From NCBI GenBank assembly GCA_016841185.1, contig JAENZQ010000003.1, positions 25,501 to 89,500 on the forward strand: DNA of 64,000 bases, written 5' to 3'. A program made the translations under genes and the position numbers. The stretch's first letter is position 1. Each line of letters opens with the position of its first letter. Positions 43,096 through 52,544 of the stretch are shown one piece after another. Source of the stretch: Anaerovorax odorimutans (GTDB lineage: Bacteria; Bacillota; Clostridia; Peptostreptococcales; JAAYPU01). The notes beneath the pieces were generated by a model. That model was not told where the DNA came from and did no database searches. It saw nothing but the letters and a program-made list of their open reading frames with translations.

Positions 43096-43371
43096 CCGAG
43101 TATGAGTGTGAGTAGCTCCTTCCGAGCAGCGAAAGTATAAGCGCGAGATCGCCACGTCTCAAGCTCATCGCGATGACACAAAAACAGATTATAGTATAAT
43201 AGTATATAGGATTATAGATTATGAGTAGCTCTTAAAAATTGTAGAGTTTAGTAAAAAAGTGAAAATATGATTTACAGGATGAAAAATTTGCAAGCAAATT
43301 TTTTTTCTCAACTGTTATCTATTATCTCATTACTACCACTAATCACTAATCACTAACCACTAATCTAATCG
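43096..43371. repeat. Composite intergenic element, copy 9, between ywlE and rpiB
   Basis: Module order:
- gagtatgagtgtgagta
- hairpin gctcc ttcc gagc
- gctcatcgcgatgaca
- aggattatagattat (43208-43222)
- AT hairpin at 43281-43309
- ctgttatctattatctc
- ccactaatcactaatcactaaccactaatc. Confidence 0.85.
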
Positions 43372-43836
43372 CTAATTTTTATCAAATTCCTCAATACTTA
43401 TATACAGCTTATCTATCTCTTCTTCCAATTCCTTGACACATTTCCTGTATGCGGCCATCCCTTTTCCGAAAGGATCTTCAATATCCCCCGCACTAAAATC
43501 ACAATTAAATTCTTTTAGTGTAAATATTTTATTTTTGTATTCCGGTACTTTTTCAATGAGTAATTGTTTATGTCCCTTTGTCATGGTAAGAATAATATCC
43601 GCATCGCATAAAATTTCATGGGTAATACTTTTTGAAACATGTTTCGAAATATTGATACCCTTTTCCGCAGCAGCAAGAACCGCTTCTTTTGATGCATTCA
43701 TTCCTTCACGGACAAATATTCCAGCAGATAAAATCTCTACTTTTATGTCTTTTTCCCCTGCAATTTTTCTAAAAATACCTTCTGCTAAAGCGCTTCGACA
43801 TGTATTGCCTGTACATACAAACAATACCTTTTTCAT
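43372..43836 (-). CDS. ywlE: Low-molecular-weight protein phosphatase (YwlE-like arginine/tyrosine phosphatase)
   Basis: 154 aa with the CX5R(S/T) motif CTGNTCRS. Synteny tsaC-ywlE-rpiB matches Bacillus subtilis. Confidence 0.8.
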   Translation of the reverse strand: MKKVLFVCTGNTCRSALAEGIFRKIAGEKDIKVEILSAGIFVREGMNASKEAVLAAAEKGINISKHVSKSITHEILCDADIILTMTKGHKQLLIEKVPEYKNKIFTLKEFNCDFSAGDIEDPFGKGMAAYRKCVKELEEEIDKLYISIEEFDKN

Positions 43837-44879
43837 AATAATTCGCCTCCTGCATCAACAATATGATAACCGGCCGCTTTGACGATCCTGTTCATCACCG
43901 CCAGTCCCATTCCTTCTGAGGTAAAGCTTTCGGATAATATGATGTCGATATCTTCCTTGTCAAAGGATCTTAAAACATGAAAAAGCTCTCCTGCTACCGA
44001 ATCCAATTTCTCGCGGCTGCCTACCGACAATACACATCCTGAATATTGATCAATGGTCTCATCGGTTGCCAGTACACCAACTTTTAAACCTTCTTTTTCC
44101 TTTTGATTCTTTATTTTTCTTATTTCTGCCACCATATTGAAAATACTTCCCTTAAATACGATAACCGGCGCTTTGGGCGCATAATGTGTATACTTCATGC
44201 CGGGAGACTTGGGGATATCACCATCTTGCCCTCTATCTGAAACAATCGGGCCGATGGCCTTTTCTATCTGCCCCTTTGATATTCCTCCGGGCCTTAACAA
44301 AATGGGAGGCTCAGAAAGCGTATCAATAACTGTGGATTCAAGCCCTACTTCACAATCTTCTCCAATTATGATTGCATCTGCTCTTCCTTTCAGATCTTCT
44401 ATAACATGAGCCGCTCTGGTGGGGCTTGGTTTGCCGGAAAGGTTTGCACTGGGTGCTGCTACAGGCACCCTGGCTTTCCGGATCAGTTCCAGGGCCACAT
44501 CATTTGCCGGTATTCGGACAGCTACCGTACTTAACCCTCCTGTAACAATATCCGGTACATGCGGGCTTTTCTGAAACAGAAGTGTTAATGGTCCCGGCCA
44601 GAAGGTATCCATAAGTTTTTGACATTTCTCCGGTATATTATTGGTAATGGCTCTTAAATCCCTTTTGTCTGAAATATGAATAATCAAAGGATTGTCAGAC
44701 GGTCTTCCCTTTGCATGATAAATTTTTTTAACCGCTTCCTGATTTAAAGCATTTGCTCCAAGGCCATATACCGTTTCGGTGGGAAAAGCTACAATTCCTC
44801 CGTTACGTATTATCTCTGCTGCTATTTTGATGGTTCTTTCTCTGTTTTTATGATCTATGGTTAATAATAAGGTGTTCAT
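43833..44879 (-). CDS. tsaC: L-threonylcarbamoyladenylate synthase (Sua5/YwlC, long form)
   Basis: 348 aa with a YrdC domain (FPTETVYGLGA) and a Sua5 C-terminal domain. Confidence 0.9.
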   Translation of the reverse strand: MNTLLLTIDHKNRERTIKIAAEIIRNGGIVAFPTETVYGLGANALNQEAVKKIYHAKGRPSDNPLIIHISDKRDLRAITNNIPEKCQKLMDTFWPGPLTLLFQKSPHVPDIVTGGLSTVAVRIPANDVALELIRKARVPVAAPSANLSGKPSPTRAAHVIEDLKGRADAIIIGEDCEVGLESTVIDTLSEPPILLRPGGISKGQIEKAIGPIVSDRGQDGDIPKSPGMKYTHYAPKAPVIVFKGSIFNMVAEIRKIKNQKEKEGLKVGVLATDETIDQYSGCVLSVGSREKLDSVAGELFHVLRSFDKEDIDIILSESFTSEGMGLAVMNRIVKAAGYHIVDAGGELL

Positions 44880-44905
44880 TTAATTAACCTTCCTGAAGTG
44901 GATTT

Positions 44906-46057
44906 TTATTTTTTGGATTCTATCTCCTTTTTAAAAGACCATTTGAGCAGCGGCGGCGTAACCAAAGTCGTTCCGATGACCACTACAATGGCAGAAGAAA
45001 ATTCTGCTTCATTGATAATGTGCAAAGCAAGCGCAAGATTTGCAATGATTAAAGATACTTCAGCTCTTGGCACCATACCGATACCGATTTGAAGAGATTC
45101 TCTGTGCCCAAAGCCTGTTGCACCTGCACCTAATCCGCATCCGGCAACTTTTCCAATGATACCCAAACCCAACATGGTTAAACTGAAGACGACATCCTGA
45201 CCAAGCACCTGCAAATCAACACCAAGACCAATGGCAACAAAGAAAATCGGGGCAAAGAATATTTGAGTCATAGTCTGTATATCGTGGGATATTTTGTGGG
45301 CATAAGGTGTCCTTGAAAAAATGACTCCGGCAAAATATGCCCCCGTAATGCCTGCTACTCCTAATTCCTCCGAAACATATGCCATAATCAGGCATAATAC
45401 TAATGCAAATCCTACAATAATATCTTTGGTTCTTAAAAACAATGACATCTTGGATAAAATCTTAGTGATAATAAATCCAACAATAGAAATAATTATAAAA
45501 ACAAGTATGATTTTAATGAGAACAATTTTAATGTCTGTTGCTTCACCCGGTAACGCCATACCGATAATAATCGTCAAAAGGATAACCCCTATGATGTCAT
45601 CTATTATTGCTGCTCCTAAAATTCCAACCCCCTGTTTTGTCTTAAGAAACCCTATTTCCTGGAGCGTTTGAACAGATACGCTTACACTTGTTGCGATGGA
45701 AATAAGTCCGACAACAAGACTGCTTATCAGATTATTTGTGAATAAATATGCTGCACCACTTACCAATAAGATAGGAACCAAAACACCCATTACTGCAATG
45801 GCGGTAGAAGACTTCCCGCTGGCCTTCAATTCATCGATATCGGTTTCAAGCCCTGCAATAAAAAGCAAGAATATTACACCTATTTCCGATATATCCGTAA
45901 TGATTTCAGTTTTTTCCATTACTAACCCAATCACCATTCCGGCAATAATTTGTCCTAAAACAGCAGGCTGCTTTATTTTCTTGCTGACAACACCTCCGAT
46001 ATTTGCTGCAAGCAGCAAAATACCGACCTGGAAAATAACCCCCACGCCTTCATTCAT
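44906..46057 (-). CDS. Monovalent cation:proton antiporter (CPA1/CPA2, NapA/KefB-like membrane domain only)
   Basis: 383 aa and polytopic with a Na_H_Exchanger-type sequence. There is no RCK/TrkA domain. Confidence 0.75.
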   Translation of the reverse strand: MNEGVGVIFQVGILLLAANIGGVVSKKIKQPAVLGQIIAGMVIGLVMEKTEIITDISEIGVIFLLFIAGLETDIDELKASGKSSTAIAVMGVLVPILLVSGAAYLFTNNLISSLVVGLISIATSVSVSVQTLQEIGFLKTKQGVGILGAAIIDDIIGVILLTIIIGMALPGEATDIKIVLIKIILVFIIISIVGFIITKILSKMSLFLRTKDIIVGFALVLCLIMAYVSEELGVAGITGAYFAGVIFSRTPYAHKISHDIQTMTQIFFAPIFFVAIGLGVDLQVLGQDVVFSLTMLGLGIIGKVAGCGLGAGATGFGHRESLQIGIGMVPRAEVSLIIANLALALHIINEAEFSSAIVVVIGTTLVTPPLLKWSFKKEIESKK

Positions 46058-46084
46058 AATATCATCTTCTTTCCACTGGTTTTC

Positions 46085-46192
46085 TTTTTCCTTTATCTCT
46101 CTATATTAAGGAAATTTGATCAATTTTTTTAGTCAGTATACTTACTTAATACTTTTCTTCCATATGATATATTTTATACTTCTTATACTTCC
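46085..46192. repeat. Degenerate composite-element words in the antiporter/prfA divergent region, copy 10
   Basis: ctttatctctctat and agtatacttacttaatacttttcttcc...tatacttcttatacttcc resemble the C/T/A word modules. There is no exact long match. Confidence 0.3.
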
Positions 46193-46320
46193 TAAAAAGC
46201 TAATAATAAGTAATATAACATGCTGAGATATTTTCTGCAAGCATAGAGAATATTATTATACAACCAATTTTAAACTATATCGCCATCCCTATTTCAAAAA
46301 ATCTCTTTACCGGACCTACC

Positions 46321-46349
46321 TTGAAATCAAATTTCGGTTGTGATAAACT
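46321..46349 (+). promoter_or_regulatory. Candidate sigma-A promoter for prfA
   Basis: TTGAAA (46321-46326), a 17-nt spacer ending in TGA (extended -10 TGn), then TAAACT (46344-46349). It lies 36 nt before the prfA ATG. Confidence 0.4.
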
Positions 46350-46384
46350 AAGTTGTTAACAAATTATATCGAGGTGAAAAATTA

Positions 46385-47452
46385 ATGTTTGATAAACTTG
46401 ATTTTATACAGGAAAAATATGATACATTGAGTATGAAAGTATCCGATCCGGAAATCATTGCAAATCAAAGCATCTGGCAAAAATATGTCAAGGAACTATC
46501 CGATATTGAAGATATCGTCCTTAAATATAAAGAATACCGGAAATTAAAAAATGAAATTGACGAAACAAAGCTATTATTGGAGGACAGTAATGATTCAGAA
46601 CTCAGGGAAATGGCTAAATCCGAACTTAATGACTTGGAAGAAAAGATTTCCCATGTTCAGGAAGAACTTAAAATGCTCCTTATCCCCAAAGATCCTAATG
46701 ATGATAAGAATGTCATTATAGAAATACGTGCGGGAGCAGGAGGAGATGAGGCAGGCCTTTTCGGAAGCGATCTTTTGAGAATGTATATGCGATATGCCGA
46801 AAGACGAAGGTGGAAAACAGAAATGCTTGAGATGAATGAAACCGGTGTAGGCGGCATCAAAGAAGCCATTGTCCTGATAAAAGGAAAAGGCGCCTATTCC
46901 AGACTTAAATACGAAAGCGGCGTGCATAGGGTCCAAAGGATACCAACAACGGAATCCGGCGGCAGGATTCACACCTCAACAGCAACAGTAGCCGTACTGC
47001 CGGAAGTAGATGATGTTGAAATCGACATCAACCCCAATGAAGTAAGGGTCGATGTTTATCGGTCATCGGGAAATGGCGGCCAGAGTGTTAATACCACAGA
47101 TTCAGCCGTACGATTAACGCACATACCAACAGGAATTGTCGTCACCTGTCAGGATGAAAAATCTCAATTAAAAAACAAAGAACGAGCTTTTAAGGTTCTG
47201 AGAGCCAGGCTTTATGATATCAAACTGCAGGAACAGAATAAGGAAATTGCGGCTGAAAGAAAAAATCAGGTGGGCACAGGAGATCGGAGTGAAAGAATCC
47301 GAACCTATAATTTCCCACAGGGAAGAGTGTCCGACCATCGAATTAATCTGACCATTTACAAGTTGGATTACTTCCTTGATGGGGATATCGACGAAATAGT
47401 AGATGCGCTCATCACATCCTCTCAGACAGAAAAATTACAGGAAGCACAATAA
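46385..47452 (+). CDS. prfA: Peptide chain release factor 1
   Basis: 355 aa with the GGQ motif [16 protein letters not shown]. The RF1 tripeptide region is read as PTTES, which is tentative. Confidence 0.95.
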   Translation: MFDKLDFIQEKYDTLSMKVSDPEIIANQSIWQKYVKELSDIEDIVLKYKEYRKLKNEIDETKLLLEDSNDSELREMAKSELNDLEEKISHVQEELKMLLIPKDPNDDKNVIIEIRAGAGGDEAGLFGSDLLRMYMRYAERRRWKTEMLEMNETGVGGIKEAIVLIKGKGAYSRLKYESGVHRVQRIPTTESGGRIHTSTATVAVLPEVDDVEIDINPNEVRVDVYRSSGNGGQSVNTTDSAVRLTHIPTGIVVTCQDEKSQLKNKERAFKVLRARLYDIKLQEQNKEIAAERKNQVGTGDRSERIRTYNFPQGRVSDHRINLTIYKLDYFLDGDIDEIVDALITSSQTEKLQEAQ

Positions 47453-47460
47453 TATAAGCT

Positions 47461-47588
47461 CGGGTGTCAGGGCAAGAGGAATTAGAAAAAAATAAGAGAT
47501 AGATAACAGATAATAATGAAGGAAAGAAATTATGACAAGTCATAATTTCTAACCATAACCTTTATCTCTTATTTGTTATCTTTTATCT
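47461..47588. repeat. Composite intergenic element, copy 11, between prfA and the giant gene
   Basis: The left arm is aataagagatagataacagataataatgaagga. A hairpin at 47525-47550 (agaaattatgac / gtcataatttct) follows. The right arm is aaccataacctttatctcttatttgttatcttttatc, and the arms are imperfectly complementary. Confidence 0.8.
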
Positions 47589-47620
47589 AAACCAGTAATG
47601 TTAATAAGTTTGAGGTGGAT

Positions 47621-50600
47621 ATGGTGAATAGAGATGTCTTAATCGGTATACAGAAAAAATTGATCAACACTTTCAGGGATAAAGCTTTTTTAGAAAGAAT
47701 TCTCCTAAAAGAAGAAGATTTGCTTCCGTTTATTGAAAGTACTGCATTTATTGTAGAACTTTCAATTTTATATGAAAAAGAAAAGCGTACCTGCCAGGAT
47801 ATTTTAAACCTATGCAAGCTTGTTTTTATAAAAGTTTTTGAGAATGAACCCAAACAAGGCTGGCTGAATTGCGCTTATCAGTACACTTTAAAAAAATCCT
47901 TTCCCCATCTTAATATTACGACTGAGAAGCAATACGAAGCACCTGTCATTGTTTTTCTGCAATTCTTAAAAACATTTCTGGAAGCCGACAGAACAAGTCA
48001 GAAAGAAGATCCGGAAAAATCTTTTTTGATATTGGATCTGTTATCCAAGGAAGAAATAAAAAAGCTGTATAATCCAATGGAATATCGAAGCTTTTTGAAA
48101 GCTTTTAATAACCTTTATATTTGTGAAATGATGCGTTTGCATCAGGAAATTACAAATCATAATATTTTTGACCATATTTGTGCCGTACACTTTGTTGCAG
48201 TTAATATTGGACGGCAGCTGAACAAAGCCGGCATACCTGTCGACCTTGGCCGGGTTTCCGGTGCTGCAGCGGGGCATGATATCGGAAAATTTGCATGTAC
48301 CGGCGAAGAAATTAAACGGATTCCTTATTTACATTATTACTATACGGATTTATGGTTCAAAAATAACAATATTCCGCATATCGGCCATGTTGCCATTAAT
48401 CATTCTACTTGGGATTTGGAACTGGAAAACCTTCCTTTGGAATCATTGATTCTGATTTATGCTGATTTTCGAGCAAAAAACGAACACAGCAAAGGTCAGA
48501 AGAACATGAAAATTTATTCCCTTGCACAGGCTTTTGACATTATTTTAGAAAAATTGGATGATGTCAATGAAGCAAAAGCAAACCGTTATAAAAAAGTATA
48601 TAATAAGCTCTATGACTTCGAAAGCTATCTGAAGTACCTTGGAATCAATGTGGATATGCTGTCTGAAGAAAAACTCACGCCCTCATATAAAAACTGCACT
48701 TTGATGAACGGCAAAGAAATTGTTGAAAATTTAAAATACAAAGCGATCGAACACAATATCTATCTGATGTTTAAGCTAAGAAGTGAAACAGCGCTGACTT
48801 CCATGATAGAAGTAGCTAAAAGCAGAAACAGTTCCAATATTTTAAGAAGCAATTTAAATATCCTGAGTGAATATTCCACATACTTTACTCAGAAGCAAAA
48901 ACTCATTACTCTAAATTATCTGTTTGATCTTCTGGTTCACCATGAAGAAGATATAAGAAAAAAAGCATCCGAACTTATAGGTATTATTATTGGTATTTTT
49001 GATGAGGAATATAGAAAAGAAGTCCCTGAAAATTCATCCTTAGAGGTGCCTGTAGTCACCAGTCTGCAGCTCTTTGAAAAATATATCGAAGCAATGGTTC
49101 ATCCGGACCATAAAATCATGGATACCCATAAAGAAAGACTTGGATACGGTCTTAGGACTTATATTGAATCCTTTTTTAAAAAGTGCAAAAAATCTTTAAT
49201 TCCTGATTACAGGAATATTATGGTTCAATATTTGATTAATACGCCGAAAGAAGATCCGGATACTCAAATCAATCTTCTGCAGGCAGTTAAATTCATTCCC
49301 TGGGAAGGTTCTAATCTTAGAACTGTTAATATTCTTGCAGATATTCTCTTAGATGCATTAAAGAATGAAAACAGTGATATACGCCTGATTTCTATGGACA
49401 GGATTAATCTGCTTTTAGACATTTTTCCCTATAGTTCTTTTAAAGCTAAGATTACTGAGGCTTTAAATACTTTTTATCGTTCCTCACCCAACCTGACTGA
49501 AAAATATATAAGGTGCAGGATATTACGAAAGCTGGACTTATGTGAGAAAGAAGAAGACTGGTTTCAGGAATGCTTTATCAACAGAAATGAACGGTTATCC
49601 GATATATATTTAAGAAATCTGAAAAGCGGAACAAGCTGGATCTCCAAAAAATATCATATTGAATTGATGCTGGACCATTCAAATTATGCATCCCAAAGTG
49701 ATGCATTATACACAGCCATGCATTTTTGCAACCTTATAAAAGTCAGTTCCAAGGAAAACGTAAGAATCAATGCCGGTAAGGCACTTTTAAAAATTATCGA
49801 GCATCTTTCTTTAGAACAGCGGAATGACATTTCTGTTGAATTACTCAGAGCTTTGGAAATCGAAAGTTTTGAGCACGGGGCTTATATTCCCGAATATCTC
49901 GGTCAGGTGTTTTTATACTTAGGTCCGGGTGAATTGGATGAGCAGATTACCGAATTATATACAAAGATGAAACGTATGAGCAATCAGACCGTATTTCTTG
50001 TTTTACATACCATTGAAATTGCCATCGAGCATTATTTCGGATATCAGAAAAAAACGGATGAACCGGATGAAAACTTTTTATTCAGGTTGGAACGCATGCT
50101 TGGAATTTTATTGATTGGCTGTTCCAATTATGACGATGAAATCAAACAGGAAGCCTTTACCGTTATCGGAAATATTTTTGCATCCGATAAGCTAAGCCTT
50201 GAAGAGAAACAAACCATTTTTAATATTATAGCCAAAAAAACCCTGGTACTCCTGACAGAAAAAGAAGTAAACGAATTCCTGTTTATTAATAACGCTGCTT
50301 CCTTAAACCATATTTACCGTTTTGTTTCAGATTATTCCCACAAGTACGGAAATATTTATGTGTCCGTACCGGAAAAAATCGCTTTTTTCCCGGGTACTTT
50401 TGACCCCTTTTCATTAAGCCATAAAAAAATAGCTGTAGAAATAAGAAATCTGGGATATGAGGTTTATTTAGCGGTAGACGAATTCTCTTGGTCCAAATCA
50501 ACTCAACCACATCTAAAAAGACAAAAAGTTATCAGTATGTCTATTGCTGATGAACGAAATATATTTTTGTTTCCTGAAGAGATTCCTGTAAACATCGCCA

Positions 50601-52507
50601 ACCCCTCCGACATGAAAAAGCTTAAAAGCACTTTTGATTATAAAGAAGTTTACGTTGCAGTAGGAAACGATGTGGTTGTTAATGCTTCTGCCTACAAAAA
50701 AAAGCCTTGTGAAGATTCTATCCATCATTTTCCTCATATCATCTTTAAAAGAGAGTACGGAGAGCATGAAAAATACAATCAGAGTGAGTATAGAAAAGCC
50801 CTGCAGCAATTGACAGGAGATATTATAGAGCTGCAGCTGGGTAAACAATTTGATATGATTCGTTCTTCGCTAATCCGGCAGTGCATCGACGAGAACCGCG
50901 ACATCAGCAACCTTATTGATCCTTTGTCTCAGCAATATATATATGAATATGGCCTTTATTTAAAAGAACCTCAATATAAAATTCTGGTTGAAAATCATTC
51001 CATATCTTTAAAACATTTTAAAAAAGCTAATAAACAGCTGATCGAATCACTTACGGACAAGTTGTTTTTTGGAAATAAAAATCAGCAACATACCATCAAT
51101 CAATTGATCAAAAGTAAAAATGCAGAATTAATCGTGTTATATGATACAAGTTACGGGCTCAATATTTCAGGGTGTGCTATATTCCACAGAGTCAACTCCA
51201 GTACCCTTTACAGTGAATTTAAAAATAATTATGTTTCTGAACATATAAGGCATCATTCCATAGGCAGAATGATCGTAATCGACGGTATCTTTACTCACAA
51301 TGATGCTCCGGACAATTCCGAGCAGATGATTCTGAGTGAAACACTCTCTTATTGTTTGTCAGAAGACTATACTTATGCAATTTTTAAACCTGCATTTGTA
51401 ACTGAAAATCTGAACAAGGTTTGTTCCGTTTTTAAGCTGCAGGGTTTTGAAGAAATATTACAAGACGCCTCTATCCCCGTTCTGGATGTGGATATGTCAA
51501 AGCCTTGCATTCTGAATCTTGATTTGCTTACATTTATAAAAGAACCTTTCAGAAGCAATGAGAAGATCATTCATGCCGTTAAAAAATCAAGAGCAAAGCT
51601 TCAAAAAGCACTTGCGGATCTGTTCCCGGGAAATCTTGTTATTTCCTTTGAGAGAGAAGCTTTATATCAAACTCTTATAGAAAAAGTCTGCTCCACCAAT
51701 AACGTACCCATGAAATCCGTATCGCCGCAACATCTGGGACCATATATGTGTGTCCCCTTCGGTCAGATTTTAAAAGGCCATATGGTGCCAAATACGGTGA
51801 CGAAATCTCTTCATACGGAAAAAATATATAATTCCAAGGTGTCAGATTTTTATATCGGTCCGTATCCCCAATATCTGAATCTGGAAACACAAATAAAAAC
51901 CATTCACTCTTTTAATCGGCCGGTTATTTTACTGGATGATATTTTAAATAAGGGATATCGTATTAAAGCTTTGAATCCTCTTCTTAAACAAGAAAATATC
52001 GAAGTGAAAAAAATTATTGTCGGTATACTATCTTCCAGAGGAAAAGAGCTCATGGATATTCAGGGACGGGAAATAGATTCTGCTTATTATATACCAAATC
52101 TCAAGAACTGGTTTACGGAAGCCACCATGTATCCCTTTATAGGAGGAGATTCCGTTTCAAGAGGCTCTGCACCTGTAAAATATCTTATTCCGTCTATTAA
52201 CCTGATTTTCCCATATGCTTCTCCGTCCTTTATACGAGGAGCTTCCCTGGAATCTTTGTTCCGGTTATCACAAGTATGCATCGAAAATACAATGAATATA
52301 TTTAAAGTATTAGAAAAGGAATATCAGTTTACACAAGAAAAAAGCCTTACATTAGGCCATCTGGGTGAGGTTATTGTTTTTCCAAGATATCCGGATAAAG
52401 GAGATGGCATCCTATATGACTATAACCAGAAAGCATCTTCCTATCTGGCAGATGACCTGGAACATTTATTCCGGCTTCAGCCTTTATCCTCAAATTTGTT
52501 GAAGTAA
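47621..52507 (+). CDS. Giant multidomain protein: N-terminal region, HDIG phosphohydrolase, long helical-repeat (HEAT-like) region, NadD/cytidylyltransferase-like domain, possible GNAT-like region, PRTase-like C-terminal domain
   Basis: Continuous ORF of 1628 aa from the ATG at 47621, which follows a GAGGTGG RBS.
- HD motif: HICAVH...AAGHDIGK...IYADFRA, about aa 185-300
- NTase motifs: FFPGTFDPFSLSH and MIRSSLIR, about aa 925-1110 (compare NadD GTFDPxHxGH and ISSTxIR)
- PRPP-loop-like motif: RPVILLDDILNKGYR, about aa 1470. Confidence 0.8.
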   Translation: MVNRDVLIGIQKKLINTFRDKAFLERILLKEEDLLPFIESTAFIVELSILYEKEKRTCQDILNLCKLVFIKVFENEPKQGWLNCAYQYTLKKSFPHLNITTEKQYEAPVIVFLQFLKTFLEADRTSQKEDPEKSFLILDLLSKEEIKKLYNPMEYRSFLKAFNNLYICEMMRLHQEITNHNIFDHICAVHFVAVNIGRQLNKAGIPVDLGRVSGAAAGHDIGKFACTGEEIKRIPYLHYYYTDLWFKNNNIPHIGHVAINHSTWDLELENLPLESLILIYADFRAKNEHSKGQKNMKIYSLAQAFDIILEKLDDVNEAKANRYKKVYNKLYDFESYLKYLGINVDMLSEEKLTPSYKNCTLMNGKEIVENLKYKAIEHNIYLMFKLRSETALTSMIEVAKSRNSSNILRSNLNILSEYSTYFTQKQKLITLNYLFDLLVHHEEDIRKKASELIGIIIGIFDEEYRKEVPENSSLEVPVVTSLQLFEKYIEAMVHPDHKIMDTHKERLGYGLRTYIESFFKKCKKSLIPDYRNIMVQYLINTPKEDPDTQINLLQAVKFIPWEGSNLRTVNILADILLDALKNENSDIRLISMDRINLLLDIFPYSSFKAKITEALNTFYRSSPNLTEKYIRCRILRKLDLCEKEEDWFQECFINRNERLSDIYLRNLKSGTSWISKKYHIELMLDHSNYASQSDALYTAMHFCNLIKVSSKENVRINAGKALLKIIEHLSLEQRNDISVELLRALEIESFEHGAYIPEYLGQVFLYLGPGELDEQITELYTKMKRMSNQTVFLVLHTIEIAIEHYFGYQKKTDEPDENFLFRLERMLGILLIGCSNYDDEIKQEAFTVIGNIFASDKLSLEEKQTIFNIIAKKTLVLLTEKEVNEFLFINNAASLNHIYRFVSDYSHKYGNIYVSVPEKIAFFPGTFDPFSLSHKKIAVEIRNLGYEVYLAVDEFSWSKSTQPHLKRQKVISMSIADERNIFLFPEEIPVNIANPSDMKKLKSTFDYKEVYVAVGNDVVVNASAYKKKPCEDSIHHFPHIIFKREYGEHEKYNQSEYRKALQQLTGDIIELQLGKQFDMIRSSLIRQCIDENRDISNLIDPLSQQYIYEYGLYLKEPQYKILVENHSISLKHFKKANKQLIESLTDKLFFGNKNQQHTINQLIKSKNAELIVLYDTSYGLNISGCAIFHRVNSSTLYSEFKNNYVSEHIRHHSIGRMIVIDGIFTHNDAPDNSEQMILSETLSYCLSEDYTYAIFKPAFVTENLNKVCSVFKLQGFEEILQDASIPVLDVDMSKPCILNLDLLTFIKEPFRSNEKIIHAVKKSRAKLQKALADLFPGNLVISFEREALYQTLIEKVCSTNNVPMKSVSPQHLGPYMCVPFGQILKGHMVPNTVTKSLHTEKIYNSKVSDFYIGPYPQYLNLETQIKTIHSFNRPVILLDDILNKGYRIKALNPLLKQENIEVKKIIVGILSSRGKELMDIQGREIDSAYYIPNLKNWFTEATMYPFIGGDSVSRGSAPVKYLIPSINLIFPYASPSFIRGASLESLFRLSQVCIENTMNIFKVLEKEYQFTQEKSLTLGHLGEVIVFPRYPDKGDGILYDYNQKASSYLADDLEHLFRLQPLSSNLLK

Positions 52508-52544
52508 TTTGATCTCAAGATATACAAACATGAAAGGAAATGCA

